A DNA stretch of 64,000 bases from Octopus vulgaris (taxonomy: Eukaryota). A program made the translations under genes and the position numbers. Below the pieces are notes generated by a model. That model made no database searches. It had not been told where the DNA came from and worked only from the letters and a program-made list of their open reading frames with translations. Shown here piece after piece: positions 12,061-22,917 of this stretch. Position 1 is the stretch's first letter; each line of letters opens with the position of its first letter. The stretch lies in NCBI GenBank assembly GCA_951406725.2, contig OX597824.1:44764001-44828000 (forward strand). Reading direction: 5' to 3'.

Positions 12061-12178
12061 GTGGCGAAAGTAAAGAATACGTACACCCGGTATTTAAGGT
12101 TTAGGGTTAGGGTTTAGGATTAGGGTTAAGGTTTTTGTTACGCCGAAAACGAGTGGCGTACGTATTCTTTACCTCCAC
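12061..12178. mobile_element. Small inverted-repeat element enclosing degenerate telomeric TTAGGG repeats
   Basis: gtaaagaatacgtac (12070-12084) / gtacgtattctttac (12158-12172) flank ttaaggtttagggttagggtttaggattagggttaagg. Confidence 0.6.
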
Positions 12179-13200
12179 TCATTTTGTTTATACATAAACA
12201 TTACAATGATTACAAAAATTACTTGCTGCGCGCTGTATCATTTGATTACAAATAGTAAGTTATGTATATATATAGTGGTTGGTTAAGAACCAGATGGCTA
12301 CATATTCATGTGAAGCGAAAGGTGAGAATTAGGACGGTCCTGTGTCAGTGCTTGGAGAAGTGAGAATATTACGTTCATGGTAGACAAGTGATTCTTTTAA
12401 CCTGAGGTCGAGCAGCTGACTAAGAATCTTGTTCGCCTGTCCTCTCTGGAATGCTGGCAAGTTGCACGCATCTTATCTTATCCATGCTTCTCAATTAATG
12501 ACCATGTTTTGGCACTAAACTTGCGGAATTTTCTATCGATTATATTATTGAGCTGAAATACTATTGGCTACCAATTAGGCCAAGATCACCTAATGTATCA
12601 AGGCTATTGTTTATTATACTGACGCAGTTTCAAATCTAAACCACAGCTTGTACTGAACTACGATGGAATATTGGATAATTTAAGATGGAAAATAAAGATT
12701 TTCTGCAGCATACGCTGAAACAAAGTCATTCACGATAATGTACAAGCTAATGTAGTGTATACTGCTCTCCGAGCAAAGTTTCATTATTCTGATATCCATA
12801 ACGAAAGATTGCCAAGATTTGGCTAAGTAGGCGATATGAAATAGTCTAATATAATAAGGCAATGTACCGGAAGGTTTATAAAGCAAAGTTGTCAAAAACA
12901 TAGAAACTTTTTTAAAACTTATATAGCAGTAATGGAATGCTCAATAATGAAACCCTATGGTTTAACCGAAATTCCAACTCATGTAGAACAGCTACTCTCA
13001 AAGAAACAAAGATATTAACACACTTTCATAATTTTTCTAGTCATTGACATAGCTAGTCACTAAAGTGCCATACTAGACATTCAGCAATATCCACTGATTC
13101 CTACCTCCATCACATGCAGGAAGGGGACGGGCCGCAGTGTTGCTATGACACAAGTGAAAATGAAACTTAGGTGGGTTTCACTTTTTAAATGAATACTTAC

Positions 13201-13287
13201 CTTAACTATGTATTGATTGCTTTCTGGAAGAACAAATTCGTAGAGTAATTCATTTGCCACATATTTCCGTTTAGTTATATGAGTCAT
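13201..13287 (-). CDS. EIF1AD: EIF1AD coding exon 1
   Basis: ATG at 13287; MTHITKRKYVANELLYEFVLPESNQYIVK then gtaagt. Resembles the EIF1AD N-terminus (M..ATKRKHV..E......P...QQIVR). Confidence 0.9.
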
Positions 13288-13691
13288 TTTTTTCACGCTA
13301 ATAGTCCAAACGACTCGAAAATGATGTAAATAAACATGTGCGAGACAAACAAGACAACGGATGCGTAGAAAGTAAAGGATTGTGGGCAATATCTTCGATT
13401 TCCGGTAGATCGGAGTCGGTTGTTTTCGTTTTCAAAACAAAGGGAGATAAATCTATTGGAATATTTATGGATATACCCCCCTCCAGCGTTACGGGTGCCT
13501 CAGGTTACGGTGTTTCGCGCTTACAGAAATTGTAAAGTGTAACCATTAATTTCGGGATACAGTCTATAATTCAAAACTACACTTCTTAACTTGATGGTCA
13601 TTTGCATTTTAGTTAAAGTATTTAGTTAACAATTTGAAAAACTAATATATTGTATATAATGTGAATACACACACACACACACGTGTGTTTG

Positions 13692-13995
13692 TGGAGACAC
13701 AATGGCCCAGTGGTTAGGGCAGCGGACTCGCGGTTTCGATTCCCAAACCCGGCGTTGTGAGTATTTATTGAGCGAAAACACCACGAGGCCCCGGTAGGGG
13801 GTGGTGTACAATTTCACCACAACTTTCTCTCACTCTTTTTTCCTGTTTCTGCCTTGTCACACTCTGTGTCACGGTGAATCTCCCAGAGAACTACGTTAAG
13901 TGTACACGTGTCTGTGGAGTGCTCAGCCACTTGCACGCTAATTTCACAAGCAGGCTGTTCCGTTGACTGGATCAATTGGAACCCTCATCGTCGTT
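13692..13995 (+). mobile_element. tRNA(Arg)-like-headed SINE
   Basis: A box tggcccagtgg, gactcgcgg anticodon-arm relic, B-box-like gtttcgattc; homologous to 22604-22909. Confidence 0.75.
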
Positions 13996-14857
13996 CCACG
14001 TATGTGTGTGTGTGTGTAACGGTTAGTTCTTCGTTGCAGTCGAGGGTCACCAATTGTAACGGCTGTGTTGTTAAGGTGTTGGTTGCCCAGTATGCAAGAA
14101 GAACAGCGATCGAAGTTTTAAGGAAATATTTATTCACCGTTACTTAATATAATGTCTTGCCTCGACGGACAAGTGTGTGTATCATATAAAAACAATAGAG
14201 TTATCTTTTCTTGTATCTTGATGCTGGTTATGATTGGTCAACTGCTAGCTGCCCAACTAGGAATTAGAGGAAGATAGAGTGAATGTCAAATGTAGGGATT
14301 CGATAAAATAATATCTTCATGGTGCATGACATTTGAACAGCAGTGGTGTTACGATAACACACTGCATCATTGGTAAGCCTTCTCTCAGTTGAATTATCTC
14401 GCTAACTGGATTTTGCCTGTGGTCGCCTCCCTGTCATCTCCTTTTGGCCACTTTTGCTTGGGAATCTTCTGTATATATAATTATCGCGAGAAAGAGAGGC
14501 ATACCGTTATCCAAACAATGTGTAATTTTTTAGGGGAAGTCTATTGTTCTGTCAATTTAACTCGCCCCCACAAGCAAAAAGGTCAAGTGGCAAAGACATC
14601 ATCCTGCTTAGCTAAGGCATCTGGCAAATGTAACTGCTGTCAACTTAATGTTTCCCTATGGGAAAAGTCTGTTGTACTATTAAATTTGTCGATTGAGGAT
14701 CGAATCCACGCCATGCCTGCATGATCCACTACATACATACATTATGGGTATCTAAAAGATATCCTTAATTATAATTTTAATAATAATTATTACCTATAAG
14801 GTTTTTATTCCCATGCTGGCCACTTGATATGATCGGTATTTTAAATAACGATCTTAT

Positions 14858-14884
<27 letters not shown>

Positions 14885-14891
<7 letters not shown>

Positions 14892-16234
14892 AAGAAAAAA
14901 AGCAACAAGAATGGATTAGTTGTTCAGTACAATTGTTTCATACGAAGAACAGATTTATTAGAAGCTGCAAATATTGCAGCAAATACAAGTGTCCCGTATT
15001 CATCAGCCAAAACACATATGAGTTTTCCAAACATCCTAGGGGGTGAGGCTACACTCATGAAGTATCGAAGAGAGTTCTATGAAAAGCAAAGTTAGATTGT
15101 AAGCAGACTTAAAATGTTCTTTCTTTCCAACTGTACCTGTTTTAGAACACAAAGAAACAAATAGTATTTGTACGTTGCCAAAATTTTAATTGACTATATA
15201 GTTAATTTAATTTAATCTAATTTAATTAACCCAACTTAAATCAAATAAATTGCTAATACTTCCTAATTCTATTCTAATTTTAATAAGTAATGCTACTCCC
15301 TTAATAATAATATAAAGAATTTTCACTATATTTTGAATAAGCAATACTCTCACACCTTTTACTACAGAAATTAATTGACCTCTAGGTATAGACCTAAAGT
15401 CTGTCTTACAATGTATAAACATTAGTATAAATAGAAACAATAATAAATAAATAACCTCCTGTTCTAGTGTTGCACTTAAATTTCTTAATGTATTTTCCTC
15501 TACTGATAGCCTTTGACCCCTTTGATACTTTCTTTTGTTCTCTTTATATTCTTTAACCCTGTATTCATTAACTCTGTAGGAGTGGCAGTTAATAGCTGTA
15601 TGATGGTCAAAAGTAATGTTCTCTTATAAATTATAAATCTTAGATTCCTGCAACACTGACCTAGATTTTCTGTCACCACAGAAATAAACTAAACTTTGTA
15701 GGTTGTGTACTTACACCCACTTCTTCCCATAATGTTCTTATTTGGGCGGTTTCTGCTTCACTGACTTCTTTTAGCCAATATAGTCAATCTCTTCTTCCAA
15801 CATAGTAGTTTTGTGAAACGAATAGAAGTGTGATCAACATCTTCTCCTCAGGAAATTACATCTACATTATTATGGATACATTCATCTTCTCTGAGAATAA
15901 AATCTCTCCTCATATCTCCGGAAATTACACCTGCATTATTATGGATGGATTTACCTTTTCTGTGAAGCTAACAAACTTTTTTAAAAACCTTTTATAAAAC
16001 TGTGCATCATTAGAGAACATTTTAAGTCTGCTTACAATCTAACTTTGCTTTTCATAGAACTCTCTTCGATACTTCATAAGTGTAGCCTCACCCCCTAGGA
16101 TGTTTGGAAAACTCATGTGTTTTGGCTGATGAGTACGGGACACTTGTATTTGCAGCTTTTAATAAATCTGTTCTTCGTATGAAACAATTGTACTGAACAA
16201 CTAATCAATTCTTGTTGCTTTTTTCTTGTTTATA
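14885..16234. mobile_element. Penelope-like element relic with ~220-235-bp inverted terminal arms, each carrying a hammerhead motif
   Basis: 14885-15120 is the reverse complement of 16014-16234 with a few substitutions and indels. Both arms contain CTGATGA...GAAAcaattgTA. Confidence 0.75.
16117..16198 (+). ncRNA. Hammerhead ribozyme motif with canonical core (mirror copy on the minus strand at 14922-15015)
   Basis: gttttgg | CTGATGA (16126-16132) | gtacg...cgtat | GAAA (16181-16184) | caattg | TA | ctgaac. Palindromic stem III ACAATTGT, GUA triplet. Confidence 0.7.
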
Positions 16235-16348
16235 ATCACCCCACATTATTTTATGGTTAATACCATAAAGATTTCTGGTGCATCTAAGTTAAGTACCACA
16301 TTCATGTGAATTCATTGGAACTCACTTGAATCTTAATTGTTTTTACTG

Positions 16349-16383
<35 letters not shown>

Positions 16384-16590
16384 TAGCAGTATAGCCAGGA
16401 CAAATTGACGTTGTGGGCCGTAGTTTGGTGACCCATGTCATAGGCCAACCAAGACTTTGTGAGTGAATTTGGTAGATGCAATGTATATAGTTTTCCTTTT
16501 CTCAACTGCTGTAAAAAGAATTCTCCCTTACGTTTATACACAGCTGTACTTTAGCACTGTCAAACAGGTTATATTGGTAAATAATAATTG

Positions 16591-16820
16591 ATTGACATTA
16601 TTTACATTATTTATATTTGACAGATATTTGTCCTCATCTTGTTTGTTTTTAACGTTTTGGCTGATATTCTCCAGCCTTCATCGGGTGTCTTGGGGAAATT
16701 TCGAACCTGGATTCTCATTCATAAGGTATTTTTCGATGTTATTCTTATTATTGTTTAGGTCACTTCTTGGAATCAAACTTGGAATCTTGGGGTTAGTAGT
16801 CACGCTCCACTACGCCATAT
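16591..16820 (-). mobile_element. tRNA-headed SINE-like element carrying a decayed hammerhead motif
   Basis: Minus strand: A box tggcgtagtgg, B-box-like gtttgattc, then gacac-CCGATGA-a-ggctg-gagaatat-cagcc-AAAA-cg-tt. Confidence 0.55.
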
Positions 16821-17195
16821 AGAACTGGAATAATTGATTGAATTACAGTATTCTTTTGAAGATCTGGTGTTCCAATGCTATTATGCAATCACCAGTGTAA
16901 TGATTTCTGTATAACCTAATATTTGCAAGTGTAAAGATTACATAGTTTATGATGTCATAAAAACAAAATAATTCTGTTTTATTCTGCTGTCAGATATACA
17001 AACAATCAGTTATTCAAATTTTTCCATGTTTTTCATGCAAAATAACAGAATTTTGATATGTTATATCTTTGCTGTTGATATCTTCCAAAAGTGCTAACAT
17101 TGTTTCCTACTATTTTAATTCTTTTTAATGATTACAACACCATCGACCGTTCAATAAAAAAAAGTCACTGATTAAAGTGAAAATCTATTTTAAAC

Positions 17196-17201
17196 TTTAT
17201 T
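17196..17201 (-). promoter_or_regulatory. Candidate BCKDHA polyadenylation signal AATAAA
   Basis: AATAAA on the minus strand ~100 nt after the stop codon. Confidence 0.4.
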
Positions 17202-17301
17202 TCATTTGACTTATGAAATCATGTTAGACTCTGTCTTGAAATATTTCAAAATAAAATTGGTAAAAAAAAAATTACAAAAAAAAAAGATCTAAATTTTCTA
17301 G

Positions 17302-17484
17302 CTATAAACCTGACATTTTGTCAAACAATTTTAAAGGATAGTGTTCTTTGTATTGATTAACATGTGCTTTCATTTCCATTCTCTGTTTTTGAATATGATC
17401 TGGAACCACATCATAGACATCATCAAACATTGATTCTGGGTTACACTTCTTTCGTCCTTCTGCTTTTGAGAACGCTTCCAGTAC
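17302..17484 (-). CDS. BCKDHA: BCKDHA exon 9 (last coding exon, includes TAG)
   Basis: ttttcag acceptor; VLEAFSKAEGRKKCNPESMFDDVYDVVPDHIQKQRMEMKAHVNQYKEHYPLKLFDKMSGL*. Confidence 0.95.
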   Translation of the reverse strand, partial: VLEAFSKAEGRKKCNPESMFDDVYDVVPDHIQKQRMEMKAHVNQYKEHYPLKLFDKMSGL

Positions 17485-17905
17485 CTGAAAATAGCAACAA
17501 ATTTTTTGAATTTACAAATAAACTGTGGCAATCATTATATTTGTTACCCCTTATACCTTATTATTTTCACAGGTTAACAGAGTTTGTATATAACAGATCA
17601 AAATGCAAAGCAAATGAGTTATAAATTATTTCATAGAGAGAACACTATTTTATTAATTGCAAGTTTCGCTCTTACAATCTTCATTTTTTCATATGCAGAA
17701 ATAGGAGAGATTTTTGTAGCAAATGTGGGTATTTCAAATAATTAGGACAACTGGTTTTATAACTGCATGTTCTTACAACTAATCACTTTAGAATAGAGAA
17801 ATGGAGCTTGTTATTGACAAAGCATACTGAGGCAAGACAGGTTATGTACATTACCAGCAACACAAGAAAATAGTTCTACAATGGTCCATGACCATATTGG
17901 CCCAT

Positions 17906-18143
17906 AGTTGAGCACCTTTTATTCATTAAATTTGCCATGAAGGCAGTATATTCGTCGTTGAGGCAGCGAAACCCGGAGTTGAAGCCACGGTTCTGTTCGG
18001 GAAGAAGGGACAGACACGGCACCACTCTCTTTTGGTGATGCCGCGTCGCCTGTGGCGGAAAGGGAAGCGACGACTAGCCCGTCCGCCGCGCCGTCAGCGA
18101 CGCGACACGAGGTCAACGGCGTAACCTGAAAGTTGAGCACCTT
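17906..18143 (-). mobile_element. 212-bp GC-rich retroposed insertion with a 13-bp TSD
   Basis: agttgagcacctt at 17906-17918 and 18131-18143. Minus strand ends ...tgccttcatggcaaatttaatgAATAAA. CpG-rich and extensively self-complementary. Confidence 0.75.
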
Positions 18144-19746
18144 AACAACATAGTCATTGTATCACAAGTACAATTATTAAAGAATAATGGTCATAATATA
18201 TTTTTTTTTTTACAGATAAGAGAAACTATCCATGTGTGTATGCACACACTCAAAGTTATTTTACTAAACAAATATTTTTGCTCTTTTTCTCTATACATAT
18301 TTATCCACATATACATGTATGTATATCTAAATATATATGTACACTATTGTATGTAGGCTGTCAAAAATGATGGTATAAAGATTGTTTATATCCTTATGAA
18401 ATTTCTTTTAAAGTATGATCATTTAAATATATTCTTCGTCTTCTCCTTGGCATTATAAGTCTATGACTGAAATTATCAATCCTTTATTAATAATCACTAA
18501 CTTATAATGATAATCTGACATGAAATTTCGTCTGTCTCCTTTGGATGCATAACTCTAAGGATTATTTAACCTCTTATAAATATTCTTTATTTTCAAGACA
18601 ACTGTAGGGAATTTCAGAGTAGGAAACTGTTTGGCAGCTTAACCAGTTTCATTTCCTCTAAGTCACATCATGAAGGGTGTGTTTATGCTTCAGGCATTTT
18701 GAAGATGCCTCTCTTTCATTACCTTTTGGAAAGTAAACTAGCAGTTGATGTTCAAGATGTACTCTAAGACAAATCATGTACTCGAAGCAAATGATCTATC
18801 ATACCTTTTGCATTACACACGGCTTCTAGAGCCCTGGCATGACAACCATTTATATACTGCACAATTTTATAATAAATAAAAAAAAGTCACTAATGTTTTT
18901 GCATATGTGTACATTCATATCCTTATATAAGAACTTGAAAATGTATTTCACAGTTACAGAAGAGAAAATTTCAATACTAGTATAACAGTTGTATTTGGAT
19001 GAGAAATATCAGTCGTAAGGTACCACATTTCAGTTACCAACTTGACAAATTAGGCTGAAGTGCATTCCTTGTACATGTATCATATCTGAAGTCTTTAGGA
19101 AACTTAAGAGCAATTAGGTTCTTTTCCATACAGGAACAGAAATAAATGCTTCTACACAATAGTATAGATCATCATCATTTCAACATACACTTTTCCATGC
19201 TTACATGGGTTGGATTTTTTATGTGAAGATGCCCTGTTTCCAAGTCAGGTAATATTTCCCCTTGGTTGGAAATGAAGGACACTGCTAGTGTGATAGTGAT
19301 GCTCATTTACAACAAACATGCAATGTCAAGACAAGGAGACATATTATACACAAATGCAGAACAAGCTTCTTTTAGTTTCTGCTTGTCAAATCCACTCACA
19401 AAGATTTGTTTGACACAGAAATGTAACTGTAGACCATACTCAAGGTGCCACGTAGTGGAATTGAACTCAAAACTATATAGCTGGGGTGCAAACTTCTTAA
19501 CTGTACAACCATACCTTTACTTATAATTTGATTTAATAACCAAGAAGCAACACCACAACTATTGCTTCACAATTATACAGTGAAAATAAGGATTGTGTTG
19601 CAGGTGTAATTCACATGATTTCTGCAATGAACATTAGATTCCCACAATATTAAGAAAATAAAATTTCCTAAAGACTCACATATGTTACAATTACAGATAG
19701 CAAGAGACAACTTGAAAAAGTGAAGACAACAAAAATCCATTCTTAC

Positions 19747-19918
19747 TCTCTTTCTCGTAATACGTTTCCATGACTTCTCCTTATCATCATTCCATAAACC
19801 TCTAGCAACAATGTGGGCTCTTAGTCTAGCAATAGGATGATCTTCTTTATCCCAATAGTTCACCTCATCAACTGACCGGTAGGCTGAGCTATCATCTGAT
19901 GTACTGTGGTGACCAATA
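19747..19918 (-). CDS. BCKDHA: BCKDHA exon 8
   Basis: [33 protein letters not shown]... contains the E1-alpha phosphorylation loop; AG/GT boundaries. Confidence 0.97.
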
Positions 19919-20443
19919 CTGAAAGATAAATGATTAAAGCATGACAACTAATAAACTTCAAAATCATTGGCAAAAAATTAAGAAAAATATTTGGCTCTAC
20001 ATGTGTAGTGAACCTTTTGTTTATTGTTTTACTGCATATGAAAACACTTATTTTGGTGGGTACTACCGACACTCTTGTCATGGTGAGAAAACTATAAGAG
20101 AAGTTTTATTTTAGCTTAGCTTCTCTACCAAGCTCTTTGTTGACTGCTTAGTAAAAGAAAGAGTAAAATATCTGATGATGAAGTTACAAAAATACTTACA
20201 AAGTGATGGTGAAAATGAAAATGGTAATGCAGTTGTAATGATGATTATGATGGTCAATATGAGAATGTGATGATAATGTGTGAAGGTGAAGAAAATGACA
20301 GTAACAGTGAAATTGAGAATAAATAATGATGACATCGATAAAGATGTCATTTAGGTTCAGAAACTATAACAATTATAATTAAGATACCAGAATTATCCCC
20401 ATCCATTCTACAGACAATAAACTATAATTAGTTTATGACTTAC

Positions 20444-20585
20444 CGATAAGTCATAGCTTCAATTAAGACTGGTCTCATTTCATTTAGACACACATTGCGA
20501 GCAGCTTTTGTTGCATTGTATACAGCAAATACATCATTGCCATCAACACGTACAGTTGCCATTCCATAACCAGGGCCTCGAGATG
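20444..20585 (-). CDS. BCKDHA: BCKDHA exon 7
   Basis: (A)[47 protein letters not shown]; AG/GT boundaries, phase 1->2. Confidence 0.97.
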
Positions 20586-22509
20586 CTATACAAATAATAA
20601 TCATCATAATGTATAATTAGATGAACACGATATTTTATAAAACACAGATTAAATTTTTGTTTATTGAACTGAAAAATATTTCAGCAGCACACCTGTCTCC
20701 TTCAGGTTCAAAATAAGACATGAAAAAATGAAAAAAAAACTGAAAGTTCAGAGGAATCAGAATATTTTCAGAGAATGTGTATTTTATGGTGTCTGCCATA
20801 CAGTTGTCTTCAAAGCATCATCAAAGTAGAATTATGCCTGATGTCATACCTATACCTATTAAATCTTTTTGCTTAATTTTTCTTTTTGTGTAACCAACAT
20901 AAGTTATGTTTGGAACTTGTTACAGGTCCCACTTTCTGCATAAATTATATTTCTTTTAGAATTTGTGGAGTTGACCTGACTCAAGGTGTTGCATAATGAA
21001 TAAGGCTTACCTCTCTCGCAACTGTTTTTAAGGGTTCCACATCCAGAAACTCCAATAGAATTTTCTTTTATTATCAGAAATACTAGTTAATATTTGTCTT
21101 ACATTTTTGTTATGTCAAAAAGCAACAGTAAGTAGATGAAGAAATATTTCTTTGAATCAAAGCTACTTCTGTGAAATATGCTGACGACTGTCAGGCAATA
21201 CTTTTGAATTGACCTCAAAATTTCAGTGCCAGTTAACTAAAAGAATTTGGTCAAAAATTTTACCACTATAATTAGGCATGAAAGTCTGACATTCATTAAT
21301 TTTAGCTGTGTCATTTGCAATTTCTTTTAATCATGATTCACTAAAACCCCATATAACATTTCCAATAATCTATGTCAGAACAAATCAATTTTATTCATTA
21401 AAGTGGGACTTTGAATTTGACTTAATCATATGGTGTAAATGATCAGTACTGTGGTGAAAACACAAGTGGGTTTTCAAAATAGTTCAGTCACTATTTGACC
21501 TTCTGAAAACTACTTTCCTGTTCAAAATATCAACACTAGTTTTAAAAACTGGATAAGAATTTTATGTTCGACTTAAAACCTGAGTTTTGTGCATAGCTGT
21601 CACAGTAATGTAAAAATCCAACTAGAAAATCTTTCATTCCTTCAAAAAAAAAAAAAAGAAAAAAAAAACCGATGTTATCAATGGGCATAGGTATGATGTT
21701 GGGCACAATAACAGTACTTTAAGGGAACTTGTCAAGCATTTTACATCAAACAATTGTACCTTTGATGAACCTTTAAAGCAAACATTTTCAGAAAATATTC
21801 TGAATTCACTAAAGTTTCAGTCCTCAAAATAAATGAAAATAAATATATTTGTAAGTTACTAGCAACACATTGGGAAGGGATGAACAAAATGATGAGAGAG
21901 TTCCATCAGATTAGACAAACTTTTTGACTAAGAGTTCTCTTCCTTTTTTCTTCTAGTAGTGAACAAGGCAAACATCTTTTTGTCAATGAAGGAACACAGG
22001 ATAATTAAGTTCAATTTTTGAATTTCTGAATTTTTTTGTATTTCTCATTTTTCATTATTCTTGTCTTATATTGAACTTATAGATGACAGGCGTACTGTTG
22101 AAATATTGCTCAGTTCAATAAACAAAATCAATCTGTGTTTTATTACATATTTTATTCTTCAAATTGTGTATTTATCTTCATGAAAAGTTACGTCAATTTT
22201 CATCAATTAATAAGAACTACATTATAATTAATTTTGAAGTTTGGCACAAGGCCATAGATTGATAGGAAAGGAGTTTAGTTGATTGAATTTATCCCAGTAC
22301 ATTACTGATAATTATTTTTTATTGATTCCTGAAGGAATTTAATCCACTGCCTTGTAATATCTGCCAAATAATAATGATTTCTTGCATAGGTATTAAGCCT
22401 CAGATAGTGATGAAGAAATGAAATTATCTGATATTCATGTTATTCTCTCTGTCAGGTAATGAAGTAAACTGAATTTAATCTATTAAAAAGGAAATAGTAA
22501 AGCATTTAC

Positions 22510-22571
22510 CAATTCCATCTCCTCGATACTGATCCCTGGTTGGTGTTGAAATAGCATATCCATTATTTCGA
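22510..22571 (-). CDS. BCKDHA: BCKDHA exon 6
   Basis: (C)RNNGYAISTPTRDQYRGDGI; end of the TPP-binding motif (NN); AG/GT boundaries. Confidence 0.96.
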
Positions 22572-22603
22572 CTGAAAAGAGAAATGAAATATTCTTTATT
22601 CCA

Positions 22604-22909
22604 TTTTTTTTTTAAAATCCTTTTTGCACCTTGTGGAGCATAGGGCTGGTTTTCCCAGTTTCCTTGGTGTATAGGTTCCCCACCTGGACAGGACGCCGGT
22701 CCATCACAGGTGAGCTGCAAGATGTAGGAGGAAAGAGTGAGAGAAAGTTGTGGCAAAAGAGTCAGCAGAAGTTCACCATTACCTTCTGCCGGAGCCGTGT
22801 GGACATTAGGTGTTTTGTTCATAAACACACACCACCCGGTCTGAGATTCGAACCCACAATCCCTCGACCGCGAATCCGGTGCTCTAACCACTAGGCCATG
22901 TGCCTCCAC
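22604..22909 (-). mobile_element. tRNA(Arg)-derived SINE with A-tail and 10-bp TSD
   Basis: Minus strand tggcctagtggttagagcaccggattcgcggtcgagggattgtgggttcgaatc (A and B boxes). TSD ctttattcca at 22594-22603 and 22910-22919. Confidence 0.85.
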
Positions 22910-22917
22910 CTTTATTC

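Noticed and set aside
13338-13535. ORF divergent from EIF1AD
   Set aside because: GTG start, no homology recognised, no convincing splice structure; probably promoter/UTR sequence.
17919-18140. 73-aa ORF over the GC-rich insert
   Set aside because: Non-ATG start lies in the TSD, no recognisable domain; openness is explained by GC content.
22830-22909. tRNA-Arg gene (also 13692 and 62740)
   Set aside because: No intact acceptor stem; continues into a SINE body with A-tail and TSD.
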